Shown piece by piece: positions 28,354-37,277 of a stretch of 64,000 nt of DNA. The position numbers and the translations under genes are program-made. This DNA is from a virus (Duplodnaviria; Heunggongvirae; Uroviricota; Caudoviricetes). The DNA is taken from positions 185,360-249,359 of IMG/VR virus record IMGVR_UViG_3300032007_000006. One strand, given 5' to 3'. The notes below the pieces were generated by a model that worked only from the letters and a program-made list of their open reading frames with translations, had not been told where the DNA came from and searched no databases. Position 1 is the first letter of the stretch. Every line of letters begins with the position of its first letter.

Positions 28354-28590
28354 CTACATATGGGCGTCAAGTAGTCTCTTGGCTACTGCGTTCATTAAAA
28401 CAATCTTGAATCGGTTTGATGGACGATTTGGTTCCCTGTCTAGAGAACTGGCCAGTGAAGTTGGCCATCTGCTTGAAGGAGCGTCTTCCCACCCAAGCGA
28501 ATCTCCATCATATATGCTTTCCATTTCCATGTCCATTGGAGACGACTTGTATGGAAGTCTCTCCATCAATGGTCTCTTTTCCTTCGGCAT
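28354..28590 (-). CDS. Hypothetical small protein (78 aa)
   Basis: Start MPKEKRPL with an AAGGAGGG SD. Confidence 0.3.
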   Translation of the reverse strand: MPKEKRPLMERLPYKSSPMDMEMESIYDGDSLGWEDAPSSRWPTSLASSLDREPNRPSNRFKIVLMNAVAKRLLDAHM

Positions 28591-28766
28591 GAATGCCCTC
28601 CTTAGCAACTTTCTCATACGTCTAGGATTTTGTCAAGCATTCGTGGACTGGTCCACAACCTCAGTCAAGTTTGCATTTCATCGCTGCTGTCTGTCAATAG
28701 TTTTATTTGTTCCGGACAGAAAGTTGCACAGAGAGCGGAAAAGGTGCAACCTCTTGAAATAATGGA

Positions 28767-28877
28767 AGAAGCACCTCTAATTGATCTTAATAGAGAGAAA
28801 AGAGAAAAAATATTCTCTCTAAAAGGCAAGATGCTAGAATCATTGTAGAAGCACCTCTAATTGATCTTAATAGAGAG
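28767..28877. repeat. Two perfect 31-bp direct repeats (agaagcacctctaattgatcttaatagagag) 80 bp apart
   Basis: Repeat copies at 28767-28797 and 28847-28877, inside the divergent intergenic region. Confidence 0.7.
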
Positions 28878-28914
28878 GAAGAGAGAAATTTTTATGGAAA
28901 GCTGTAAAGAAGAT

Positions 28915-29058
28915 GTGGTGGCTGAACGCAGTGAAGCCACCACATGGCCACGAAGTGGCCATGATGCAGAACATTGAAGAAATTTCATAGATGGATTTGA
29001 TCACAGAATGCTGACGCATTCTGTGATGGATATGGCCTCACTCCGTTCGGCCATATCC
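28915..29058 (+). other. Four consecutive stem-loops (9, 7, 11 and 10 bp stems) in 144 nt; candidate structured ncRNA, terminator/processing cluster or origin-related region
   Basis: gtggtggct..agccaccac; atggcca..tggccat; atcacagaatg..cattctgtgat; ggatatggcc..ggccatatcc followed by gcgttttc. Confidence 0.4.
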
Positions 29059-29103
29059 GCGTTTTCTTCAGGGAAATAAATATTTTGATGCTGCTTATAA
29101 AAA

Positions 29104-29451
29104 ATGAGCCTGCCTAGTTTTGCTGACTACATGAATCTCTTGACCACCTTGGAATCTATTGTTGAAGAATCTACATACATAGAAGATGTGCTGGAAGCAA
29201 TGACTTCCAGCGGAATAGGAGTAGCGTCTGTCACTACATCGGACATAGGTGGCGTGGTGCTTCCATTAGGCACTTTGGCTCGAAGAAGTCCTATTGATGA
29301 AGAGGGATTAAAGAACAGCAAGGAAGCACAGGACTTTCTGTCTAAACATATTAGACAGTACAAGTCTATCTGGAAAAGTGCTGGAGAAATGGTGGCAAAA
29401 AGCGTTGCCGAACATTTATTTCTGAAAAAGCCAATATTGTCGGCAGTCTAG
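29104..29451 (+). CDS. Hypothetical protein (115 aa)
   Basis: ORF at the start of a plus-strand block; N-terminus MSLPSFADYMN is weakly CTS-like. Confidence 0.4.
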   Translation: MSLPSFADYMNLLTTLESIVEESTYIEDVLEAMTSSGIGVASVTTSDIGGVVLPLGTLARRSPIDEEGLKNSKEAQDFLSKHIRQYKSIWKSAGEMVAKSVAEHLFLKKPILSAV

Positions 29452-29457
29452 GAGTTA

Positions 29458-29994
29458 TTGATGAAAAAACTAACTACAAGAGTTAAGAATAGGTATGATT
29501 CTTCCTACAACTGGAAAACAATCAATCCAGTGCTTCTGGAGGGAGAATTCGGCGTAGATGAATATGGACGTGTAAAAGCTGGAGATGGCACAACAGCATG
29601 GAACAGTCTGCCATATGTAATGGATTCATTTCGTCTGGAGCCACTTTACAGCGTTGACTACGATGATGGAATAGTTCCAGTTTCTCCGCTGTCTGATCAG
29701 GTTCTCTATATTCTTGCGGAAGAAAATCTAGAACTTGACTTTGAGAAGGTATGGATTGATGGCGAAGTTGACAAGCTGTACTTCACGCAAAAGAAGATAT
29801 ACATTGAAAATATTGGAGAGACTAGGATTACGCTTGGCATTAGAAATGCTGAATGGGCCAACGACATTAATTCTCCAGAATGGGGAGATCCACAGATGCA
29901 TCTCTACATTCTAGCCACATGGATTGGTGGAAGAATCATTCTTGACATAGTGGACAATGATCAATTGGCCGACAATGTAGCAAACATGCCGTAA
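29458..29994 (+). CDS. Tail-fibre-associated protein with a conserved N-terminal module of the prophage hyaluronidase (HylP) / tail-fibre type, 178 aa
   Basis: RYDSSYNWKTINPVLLEGEFGVDEYGRVKAGDGTTAWNSLPY matches the R.D....W...N.VL..GE.G.E.....K.GDG.T.W..L.Y module. Confidence 0.45.
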   Translation: MMKKLTTRVKNRYDSSYNWKTINPVLLEGEFGVDEYGRVKAGDGTTAWNSLPYVMDSFRLEPLYSVDYDDGIVPVSPLSDQVLYILAEENLELDFEKVWIDGEVDKLYFTQKKIYIENIGETRITLGIRNAEWANDINSPEWGDPQMHLYILATWIGGRIILDIVDNDQLADNVANMP

Positions 29995-30004
29995 TTCAAG
30001 ATAA

Positions 30005-30036
30005 GAAAAAAGGCGGGAATTTCCCGCCTTTTTTGT
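30005..30036. terminator. Bidirectional rho-independent terminator (aaaaaaggcgggaatttcccgcctttttt) between convergent genes
   Basis: 9-bp GC stem flanked by an A-run and a T-run. Confidence 0.7.
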
Positions 30037-30049
30037 GCATATTAGTTGA

Positions 30050-31096
30050 CTAGAATGGATTGTTGGTTGAAAAGGCGTTTGGCTCGTAAGTGTCATTGCA
30101 GTAGATGCCAAGAAGATTCTGAGGCGTTCCTGCATTGCCAGAATTGTTGTAGTATGTGATGTTGAATGTGCCCTGCTTTGGAAGATCGGCAAGGGTATAT
30201 TCTGATATATTGGACTTGTTTGACCATAATGGCGTAAGATGGTGTCTTGGACTGTCTTCAAGAGTATCATCTGCTGATTCCAGATGGCCATAGAGGTGAA
30301 TGTAGTTTCCTGCTGGCTTTATTCCAGTGATTTGGCCTATGACTGCCGTAGTGAAGAAGTCAAATCTATTGATGGCCTGAATAAGCCATGGACATTCCTG
30401 CACTACAAGGGCAATGGCCTTCATTGCCGTATTGCGAGCATTGAACAGCCATCTGGAGCAGTCTTCACCACGAACAGTAGTATATGGAACGCCATAGGAA
30501 TTGAATATAGTTTTGGCGCTTTCAACCATCAAACTGATGTCCTGGACAATGTTTTCTGCACTGACTGATCCATGCGAACCAGAAGCTACAGAACCATTTG
30601 CATTCTGCATAATGAATGGATCAGCAGACTGCACTCTAAGGGCGTCTTGGGCTGAAAGAGTTAGTCCGCTCTTTATTTTGGTTGATGCGTTGTTGATAGG
30701 AGTCTGAAGTCCCTTCTCCGATGAAAGGAGATGATTGTATACTGGATGTTTTGTGGTTGATCCTTGTACAGTAGGAACATTTTCAGATGGCCAGTATGGC
30801 GTTTTTCCAAGAGTAAACAATGGAGAATTGGAAGCTTTGAAGAGAGTTCCATCAAGCGTTGAAGCCGATTCATAGAATGCAGTTAATTCTCTAATGGCTT
30901 TTGTCGTGTTGCGCTTAATGTTCTCGTCTTCCTGAGCATTTGTTGTGGATGGCTTGAATGAATCTACCAGAAGATGCCAGGAACTTCTATTGCGTCTAAA
31001 ATATTCAATTCTCCAGAGAAGTTCCTTGAAGGCAAGGGGAAGTTCCATCTTTACCTGATATTTTCCATTCAGCTGCTTTTCGTAGTATGTTGCCAT
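30050..31096 (-). CDS. Hypothetical protein (348 aa), probably structural (tail-fibre module)
   Basis: ORF convergent with the tail-fibre-like gene; TTGTAAATA motif 35 nt upstream. Confidence 0.45.
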   Translation of the reverse strand: MATYYEKQLNGKYQVKMELPLAFKELLWRIEYFRRNRSSWHLLVDSFKPSTTNAQEDENIKRNTTKAIRELTAFYESASTLDGTLFKASNSPLFTLGKTPYWPSENVPTVQGSTTKHPVYNHLLSSEKGLQTPINNASTKIKSGLTLSAQDALRVQSADPFIMQNANGSVASGSHGSVSAENIVQDISLMVESAKTIFNSYGVPYTTVRGEDCSRWLFNARNTAMKAIALVVQECPWLIQAINRFDFFTTAVIGQITGIKPAGNYIHLYGHLESADDTLEDSPRHHLTPLWSNKSNISEYTLADLPKQGTFNITYYNNSGNAGTPQNLLGIYCNDTYEPNAFSTNNPF

Positions 31097-31130
31097 ATTT
31101 CTTGTCCTAGCTAGGGAAAGTGTACTGAAA

Positions 31131-31139
31131 TATTTACAA
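31131..31139 (-). promoter_or_regulatory. TTGTAAATA late-promoter-like motif upstream of the 30050-31096 gene
   Basis: CATTGTAAATATTTCAG context identical to the copy at 53692-53700. Confidence 0.4.
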
Positions 31140-31390
31140 TGCTAGCCAAGAAAGCGGTCGTTGCTGAAGAATGACCGATGAATTGGCTTCATCGCATATA
31201 AGTAACTGTGCATCGTCAATAGATGTCTATGTACGGAACGCACAAAAGTGACGCCTGCTAGACATGATGCAGTCAGACCTGAAGGATATATGGTTGGAAT
31301 AGAACTTCCGTAAAATCCTCTGGGCGACATCAGAGCAGGAAGTTTCCATTCTTTAGCGACGGAAATAGTTCATATCTATAAGTTTAAGAC

Positions 31391-31480
31391 CATAGAAAAC
31401 GGGAGGGACACAAGTCCCTCCCGTCTAGGAGAGGAGGTACGCCTCCCGAGGCAGGAGGTGGGACCTCGGGAGGCTCTCAA
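31391..31480. other. GC-rich double hairpin (gggaggg..ccctccc; cctcccgagg..cctcgggagg) in an AT-rich intergenic region
   Basis: Two adjacent perfect stems; local GC far above the window average. Confidence 0.35.
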
Positions 31481-31520
31481 CCCTAGGGCAGCATATATTT
31501 AATGTTGCGAAAAATTTTTC

Positions 31521-31549
31521 TTGACAGATTTCTCCGCATAGACTAGACT
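31521..31549 (+). promoter_or_regulatory. Sigma70-like promoter TTGACAGA-N16-TAGACT
   Basis: -35 TTGACA, 17-bp spacer, -10 TAGACT, 52 nt upstream of the SPFH gene. Confidence 0.5.
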
Positions 31550-31600
31550 TGCTGGCAGGAGCGGGAAGTCTGTTCGCTCATTTTTAAAGGAGGAGATGCA

Positions 31601-32458
31601 ATGAAGGAAATTAGACTGAATCCATTGAAGGCTGGACTGAAACTCTGTGGAGGCCTGCTGGCCATTGGCTTGATTTCTGGTTCATTCTACACTATCGAGC
31701 AGGGAGAGAGGGGCGTTCTTCTGCGTTTTGGAAAAGTTGTTGACGTTGAGGATTCTGGTCTGCATTTCAAAATTCCATTTGTGGACACAGTCAAGAAAAT
31801 GGCTGTTCGCACCATCAAGTGGACATTGAAGACGGCCGTCTATTCCAAAGACATACAGGGAGCGGAAGTCAAGATTTCCCTCAATTTCCACTTGAGTCCA
31901 GCAAGCGTTGGAAATATCTATGCCAATGCTGGCATGGAGTATGACGAGAAGCTGATTCTTCCTCAGCTTCTTTCCGTTTCAAAGGACGTTTTTGGCAAGT
32001 ACAACGCCGTTTCAATTGTTCAAGCTAGAGAGGAGCTTTCAAAGGAAATATGCAAGGCCCTTGAAACCAAGTTTGCTCCAATCGGCATTATTATAGAGTC
32101 TGTGCAGCTTGAAAACATTGACTTCTCGGATTCTTATGAAAAATCCGTTGAAGAGAGAATGAAGGCCGAGGTTGAAGTTCAGAAGGTCAAGCAGAATCTT
32201 GAGCGGGAAAAGATCAATGCCGACATGCTTCGTGCAAAGGCGCAGGGCGAGGCCGATGCAAAGATTGCACAGGCTGAAGCCAATGCAAAGTCAATTGAAC
32301 TGGTAGGCAAGGCAGAGGCAGAGGCCATCCGTGCAAAGTCTGACGCAATGAAGGCCAATCCAGACTATATTAGAATGCTTCAGGCCGAAAAGTGGGATGG
32401 GCGTCTTCCGCAGAGCATCGTTCCCTCTTCTTCCGTTCCAATTTTAAAGTTGCAGTAA
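31601..32458 (+). CDS. SPFH/band-7 (prohibitin/HflC-like) membrane protein, 285 aa
   Basis: N-terminal TM then IEQGERGVLLRFGKVV...FKIPFVDTV, a typical PHB-domain start, followed by a long Ala/Glu/Lys-rich coiled coil; AAGGAGGAG SD. Confidence 0.82.
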   Translation: MKEIRLNPLKAGLKLCGGLLAIGLISGSFYTIEQGERGVLLRFGKVVDVEDSGLHFKIPFVDTVKKMAVRTIKWTLKTAVYSKDIQGAEVKISLNFHLSPASVGNIYANAGMEYDEKLILPQLLSVSKDVFGKYNAVSIVQAREELSKEICKALETKFAPIGIIIESVQLENIDFSDSYEKSVEERMKAEVEVQKVKQNLEREKINADMLRAKAQGEADAKIAQAEANAKSIELVGKAEAEAIRAKSDAMKANPDYIRMLQAEKWDGRLPQSIVPSSSVPILKLQ

Positions 32459-32468
32459 GGTAGGTCAT

Positions 32469-32729
32469 ATGCTGAAAATAGTTGTTCCGATACATGCTTC
32501 GGGATGCAAGGAAGATGATGATGAACATGAAATTCTTGCCAAGATGTGCAGAAACTATGGAAATTCGCATAAGCTTAAGGACTTCTGCGCCTGTCCAGTT
32601 AGAGGAATAGATGACAAGAATTCTCTGCTCTACTGCCCGTTTTCTGGACGAATGTACATGAACTGCACAGAAGTTACAGTCATGGACTGGCATGGCGTAA
32701 TTTGTCTGGAGAAGGCGAATGGCAGTTGA
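32469..32729 (+). CDS. Small Cys-rich protein (86 aa)
   Basis: 7 Cys in 86 aa; immediately downstream of the SPFH gene. Confidence 0.4.
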   Translation: MLKIVVPIHASGCKEDDDEHEILAKMCRNYGNSHKLKDFCACPVRGIDDKNSLLYCPFSGRMYMNCTEVTVMDWHGVICLEKANGS

Positions 32730-32887
32730 CATGCACCAGGAAATTTGCTATTCTGCAAAGACTTCGGCAAGGGGGCTTTCGTTTAATGAGGCCTTTGCCG
32801 AAGTCTTGAATCAGTCTCCTGAGGAGATTGAAAAGGAAGAAATCGACTCCTTCATTTCTGAAGCATTTGAAACGTTCATGAAAATGG

Positions 32888-35371
32888 ATGCAGTCGCTAG
32901 AAACGCAAACCATAAAGCAAAGGGATTTTGCAATGCAGGTTTTTTCAAACAACGCTAGTTTTGAATCCAACATTAATGATGTCAAGGAATATACACTAGG
33001 TGATCCTAGAGTAATCTGCCGCATACTGTCCGACAATCTCTATTCAAACAAGATTGGAAGCATTGTGCGTGAACTGTCGGCCAATGCTCTGGACGCCCAT
33101 AGAATGGTTGGAAAGGAGAATGTTCCCTTTCAGGTATGTCTTCCTGGACTTGATGGACTTTTCAGAAAGGATGAAAGCGTCTTCTCCATTAGGGACTATG
33201 GTCCTGGTCTATGTGAAGAGGACATATACGCTCTTTACACTTCCTACGGTTCTTCATCCAAGCGTTCAGACAATAGTCAGATTGGTGGATTTGGCATCGG
33301 CTCCAAGTCTCCATTTGCCTATGCCGATATTTTCACGGTAACTTCGTGGAACTCTAGATTGATGTCGAAATACATCTGCTTTCTAAGTGGAGACGGTTCT
33401 CCCTGCATAAAGAAGATTGAAAGTGGAGTGTCGGACGAACCTTCTGGAATGTTGATTGAAATCGGCGTAAAGAACGCTGAAGATGCCGAGATTTTCAGGA
33501 ATGAGTGCAATATTCAGTATCCTTTCTATGACGTTGTTCCGAATGGAGGACCATGGAAGAAGAATATTCCAGTATATGAAAATGAATACGGAAAGATATA
33601 TTCTACGGATAATCGTGGATATTCCAGGAGTGGATGGAGTGGATGGCACAACTGGTCCGTGCTTTATGGCCATGTGAATAATTCCATCTATAGATTGGCC
33701 TGGGAATCTTCAGATAATTCCGACTACATGGGAATGAATTGTGGACGTATTGGATACATTACGCTTCCCTTTTTAAATTCCATCTGCATATTGAATATTT
33801 CTGGAACGGACATAGATCTTTCTGCTTCCCGAGAAGATCTGGCCTTTACAGAAAAAACTAAAACAACCATCATAGAGACCTGGAAGAAGTTTATTTCAAA
33901 AGTCTGGAATGAAATATTTTCCGACATCAATGAAGAATGCAAGGTTTCGAGATTTGAAACCTTCTATAAATGGAAGGAAAAGAAATTCAATTTCTCGGCT
34001 TTCAAGGAATGGATAGCCTCTGGAAGGGGAACTGTTGAAGCTATTGAAAAGTATGACGTAAAGACGAATTGTGGCGGAAAATATCTTCCGATATTCATTG
34101 TTGAAAGAGACGCTGTATGGCCAATGCTTGAAAATGGTCTTCGTGGATATGAAGCCACAATGTCATCTTCAAGATATGGAATTATATCCATCAACAAGAT
34201 AGTCAAGTCAATTCTAGCGTGTGGAAGAAGTGAAAACACCCTTGTATCTACTCTAAAAACAAATGCCAAGTCATTGATTGACGTATCCGGAAACAACGAA
34301 GCCTGTCTTTGGGAACTGCTGATAGAAGACAATATTGATTTTAAGCTGATTTTCTTCAACAAGGATGCCACCTTTGCCGCAATGAAGGAAAAGGCAAAGG
34401 AAATCATTGAAAAATCAACTACTCGTCTCTTAATCCACATGTATGCCATTGATGATGCGGAAATGAGAAAGAAGATAGTTGAAGCGTATGGCTGTCCAAA
34501 GGATGAAAGATGCATTGACATCCACATTGCAAAAAAGAAGAAGAATGTTGATGCCATTGCATATTCTGCTCGTAAAGAGCAGGTAAAGGCTAGAGTGAAC
34601 ATGGATGCCTTTGGCTATCAAAGAGGTGCATGTGGAATAGATGGAACTGAAGTGCTTCAGCAGATTCGTTCAAATCTAAAAGAAGAATGGATGACAAGAG
34701 ATGAAATTGAATCTCTAATGTCTTGTGGAGCGATTGTTGTCGTTACAAATGGAATATCGGTTTCCGAAAAGTACAACAACTGGCAGATTCCATTTCTTTC
34801 ATTCATTGGATGTATCTGTCCTTCAAAACTAAAGCGTCCCAGCAAATGGATTCTGCTGAATGAGGTCTCCTACCAGAAGCTACTGAATAGTGGATTCAAG
34901 CCTCTGGAAAAACTACAGGCTGTAAAGACAATCATGAACATACTAAAGGAGTGTGGTGTTGAATATATTGACTTTCTGAAATGGATGGTAATTGAGTCAT
35001 TGGGAGACAGTTTTGGATTTTCAAGACTTGAAGACGCTTGCGACTTTTCCATTACAATTGCTCCAAAGCATCCAGAAAGTGCCATTTCAAAGGCCATAAT
35101 GACATGGAGTCACGTCAAGAATACGCTGTCCTCGAAAATGAGTGGACTTAGCAGACTTCCATATAAAATGATTGAAGGAGAGCATTCATTCTATGTGGAT
35201 GAAGAGCGGAAGGATCTGATTCAGACACTCAAGAACGATTTGGCCTGGAACGAAATCAATGAATGGATAAAGAAGAATCCAATTGTTGAATTTGCCAGGC
35301 GCGTTTATGCTGATGATTCAAGAAAGAATCGAAACGTTGAAATACTGAATCACTATCTGAAATGGGACTAG
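32888..35371 (+). CDS. rIIA: rIIA-like protein with an N-terminal GHKL ATPase domain (827 aa; alternative start at 32933)
   Basis: PRVICRILSDNLYSNKIGSIVRELSANALDAH (N-box), IRDYGPGL (G1), IGGFGIGSKSPFAYADIFTVTSW (G2) match the T4 rIIA N-terminus ([42 protein letters not shown]). Confidence 0.78.
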   Translation: MQSLETQTIKQRDFAMQVFSNNASFESNINDVKEYTLGDPRVICRILSDNLYSNKIGSIVRELSANALDAHRMVGKENVPFQVCLPGLDGLFRKDESVFSIRDYGPGLCEEDIYALYTSYGSSSKRSDNSQIGGFGIGSKSPFAYADIFTVTSWNSRLMSKYICFLSGDGSPCIKKIESGVSDEPSGMLIEIGVKNAEDAEIFRNECNIQYPFYDVVPNGGPWKKNIPVYENEYGKIYSTDNRGYSRSGWSGWHNWSVLYGHVNNSIYRLAWESSDNSDYMGMNCGRIGYITLPFLNSICILNISGTDIDLSASREDLAFTEKTKTTIIETWKKFISKVWNEIFSDINEECKVSRFETFYKWKEKKFNFSAFKEWIASGRGTVEAIEKYDVKTNCGGKYLPIFIVERDAVWPMLENGLRGYEATMSSSRYGIISINKIVKSILACGRSENTLVSTLKTNAKSLIDVSGNNEACLWELLIEDNIDFKLIFFNKDATFAAMKEKAKEIIEKSTTRLLIHMYAIDDAEMRKKIVEAYGCPKDERCIDIHIAKKKKNVDAIAYSARKEQVKARVNMDAFGYQRGACGIDGTEVLQQIRSNLKEEWMTRDEIESLMSCGAIVVVTNGISVSEKYNNWQIPFLSFIGCICPSKLKRPSKWILLNEVSYQKLLNSGFKPLEKLQAVKTIMNILKECGVEYIDFLKWMVIESLGDSFGFSRLEDACDFSITIAPKHPESAISKAIMTWSHVKNTLSSKMSGLSRLPYKMIEGEHSFYVDEERKDLIQTLKNDLAWNEINEWIKKNPIVEFARRVYADDSRKNRNVEILNHYLKWD

Positions 35372-35381
35372 GAGGCAAGTC

Positions 35382-35717
35382 ATGAGCGTTGAGTTTTCTG
35401 TGGAAGCACAGGCCTATGTCAAGGTTGACTTGAAGAAGGTTCTTGAAGGATGGATTGAAGAATTTGTTTCAAAACTTCCTATGCCTGATGGAATAGATGA
35501 CATATTCATTGATCCAAAGACCAGGAAAGCCAGCGCCTCATGGAATTTTGGAACGGAGGAGAATCCATTTGTTGAAATTGGAAGCATATCTGCTTCATGC
35601 AAGGATGTTGTTGTGTATGAAATGGTGAAGAATCTTCTCTATGTTCTTTCAATGTCGGACTCAGACAGTAAATTTCTTGTAGAGTCTGGCATAATAGATG
35701 AAGAGTCTGAAAATTGA
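35382..35717 (+). CDS. Hypothetical protein (111 aa)
   Basis: AGGAGG SD. Confidence 0.45.
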   Translation: MSVEFSVEAQAYVKVDLKKVLEGWIEEFVSKLPMPDGIDDIFIDPKTRKASASWNFGTEENPFVEIGSISASCKDVVVYEMVKNLLYVLSMSDSDSKFLVESGIIDEESEN

Positions 35718-35751
35718 TCTTGACGGCACTAGTCCGTCTATGATAGCATCA

Positions 35752-35803
35752 ATCATAAAGTGTTGATTTTGCGTATATTTCAACACTTTATGATTGATTT
35801 TTT
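35752..35803 (+). terminator. Perfect 15-bp inverted repeat (atcataaagtgttga / tcaacactttatgat) plus T6 run in the 5' leader of the clamp-loader gene; terminator/attenuator or operator
   Basis: 15-bp stem, 14-nt loop, TTTTTT 2 nt downstream; the SD AAGGAGAG follows. Confidence 0.45.
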
Positions 35804-35815
35804 AAGGAGAGTAAT

Positions 35816-36760
35816 ATGAGTGAAGACATTTCCCTCTGGTTTGAAAAGTACCGTCCATCATGTCTTGAGGAATGCATTCTTCCAAAGGCCATGATGAAGA
35901 TATTCAAAGGCTATGTTGAAAAGAAGGAGATGCCAAACCTGATGCTAACTGGCTTTCAGGGCACTGGCAAAACAACTCTCGCGAAGGTGATGGTCAAGGA
36001 ATTGAATGCAGATTCCATGTTTGTTGACTGTTCAACAGACAATGGCAAGGCCATGATTGAAACGCAGGTTGTACCATTTGCAAGCACAATGTCGTTGGGA
36101 AATCAGGAATCCGTCAAGATAATCATATGCGATGAAGCTGATGGACTGTCTGCCGCGGCTCAGAAATCTTTCAGGCCGATTATAGAAAAATATGCTCTTA
36201 CCACTAGGTTTATCTTCACGGCCAACTATCCAGAAAAGATTATTCCAGCCTTGAAGTCCAGATGCGCCTGCTTCGACTTTTCCCAGAAGAAGACGGAGAA
36301 GCCGCAGATGATGGCGGCAACAATGAAGCGTTGCAAGCATATTCTGGATGACAACAAGATCAAGTATGATGCCAAGGTGCTTGGCATGTTTATTGCAAAA
36401 TGGCATCCAGACTTCAGACGCATATTGAATGAACTTCAGTCCTATGCCACTGGAAATGGGGCAATAGATGAAGGTATTTTGACTGCAGGAACAAAGAATG
36501 ACATTGCGGATCAGCTTTATCCTCTCATTCTGGCCAGCGAGTTCACAAAATGCAAGCAGTGGGTTGCAGATTCCATAGACAGTCCAGAAGACATATTTGC
36601 GGCTCTCTATAACAGAATGAACGACTATGTCAAGCCAGAGCATCAGTCCGAATGCATTATCCAGCTGGCCGCATATCAGGAATATTCCAGCCATGTAATG
36701 AATCAGCAGATAAACACCATGGCCTTGCTTGTGGAGCTGATGAACACAATTGGAGGCTAG
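35816..36760 (+). CDS. 44: Clamp-loader AAA+ subunit (T4 gp44 / RFC-like), 314 aa
   Basis: Walker A GFQGTGKTT, Walker B IIICDEAD, sensor SRC (KSRCACFDF). Confidence 0.82.
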   Translation: MSEDISLWFEKYRPSCLEECILPKAMMKIFKGYVEKKEMPNLMLTGFQGTGKTTLAKVMVKELNADSMFVDCSTDNGKAMIETQVVPFASTMSLGNQESVKIIICDEADGLSAAAQKSFRPIIEKYALTTRFIFTANYPEKIIPALKSRCACFDFSQKKTEKPQMMAATMKRCKHILDDNKIKYDAKVLGMFIAKWHPDFRRILNELQSYATGNGAIDEGILTAGTKNDIADQLYPLILASEFTKCKQWVADSIDSPEDIFAALYNRMNDYVKPEHQSECIIQLAAYQEYSSHVMNQQINTMALLVELMNTIGG

Positions 36761-37277
36761 AATGGATGACGACAAATATGAAGACCTCTGTGAAATAGAT
36801 CCAAATGCACAGGAAGAACTGGAGGAAAACGTAGAGCCGCAGTTGTCTATCTTTGATATGGCCAATGACATCTTCAGCCATGGGACATTGATTGAGAAAT
36901 GGGTTGAGCAGAAGGGAGAGATGCCTCCTCAATGGTCAAATTTCATGATATTGAGAATCATGTCCGAGCATCCAGACTGCATATTCTTTGCCAATGAACT
37001 TAACAAGCACTGGCAGCTTCCAGATGAAATGCAGTGGAGATTTCTCAAAAATCTGGTTATAAAGAAGAAGAGATATGGATGGACAAAGAAGACTAGAGTT
37101 GAAGAGGAGAAGGAGCCCATTGTTCTGCTGGCTGAATACTTTCACTGCACAGAAAAGGAGATGCGAAAGAACATCCATGCCATTCCAAGGGAGAAATTGA
37201 TGCATCTGCTGGAAACTCTGGATCCTGAAAGATACAAGCCAAAGAAGACAAAAGGAAGAAAGAAAAAGGAGAAATAG
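36750..37277 (+). CDS. 62: Clamp-loader small subunit, gp62-like (175 aa)
   Basis: Position immediately after the gp44 homolog; FFANELNKHWQLPDEMQWRFLKNLVIKKKRYGWTKK resembles the T4 gp62 ...HFNYLMAAVPRGKRYGKW block. Confidence 0.5.
   Translation: MEARMDDDKYEDLCEIDPNAQEELEENVEPQLSIFDMANDIFSHGTLIEKWVEQKGEMPPQWSNFMILRIMSEHPDCIFFANELNKHWQLPDEMQWRFLKNLVIKKKRYGWTKKTRVEEEKEPIVLLAEYFHCTEKEMRKNIHAIPREKLMHLLETLDPERYKPKKTKGRKKKEK

Noticed and set aside
28767-28877. CRISPR array
   Set aside because: There are only two copies of a 31-bp repeat and no further repeat-spacer periodicity. No cas genes are nearby.
28915-28943. tRNA (hairpin ending in GCCACCA)
   Set aside because: Too short for a cloverleaf and no T-loop GGTTCGANTCC-like sequence. 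No tRNA-like structures were recognised anywhere in the window by eye, although a formal tRNAscan was not possible.
32719-32958. 79-aa ORF overlapping the start of rIIA
   Set aside because: Its 3' part overlaps the rIIA N-terminus (70 nt) and it has no SD. Treated as at most a short leader ORF.
36032-36871. 279-aa minus-strand ORF
   Set aside because: It is antisense to the gp44-like clamp-loader gene, which has Walker A/B and SRC motifs.
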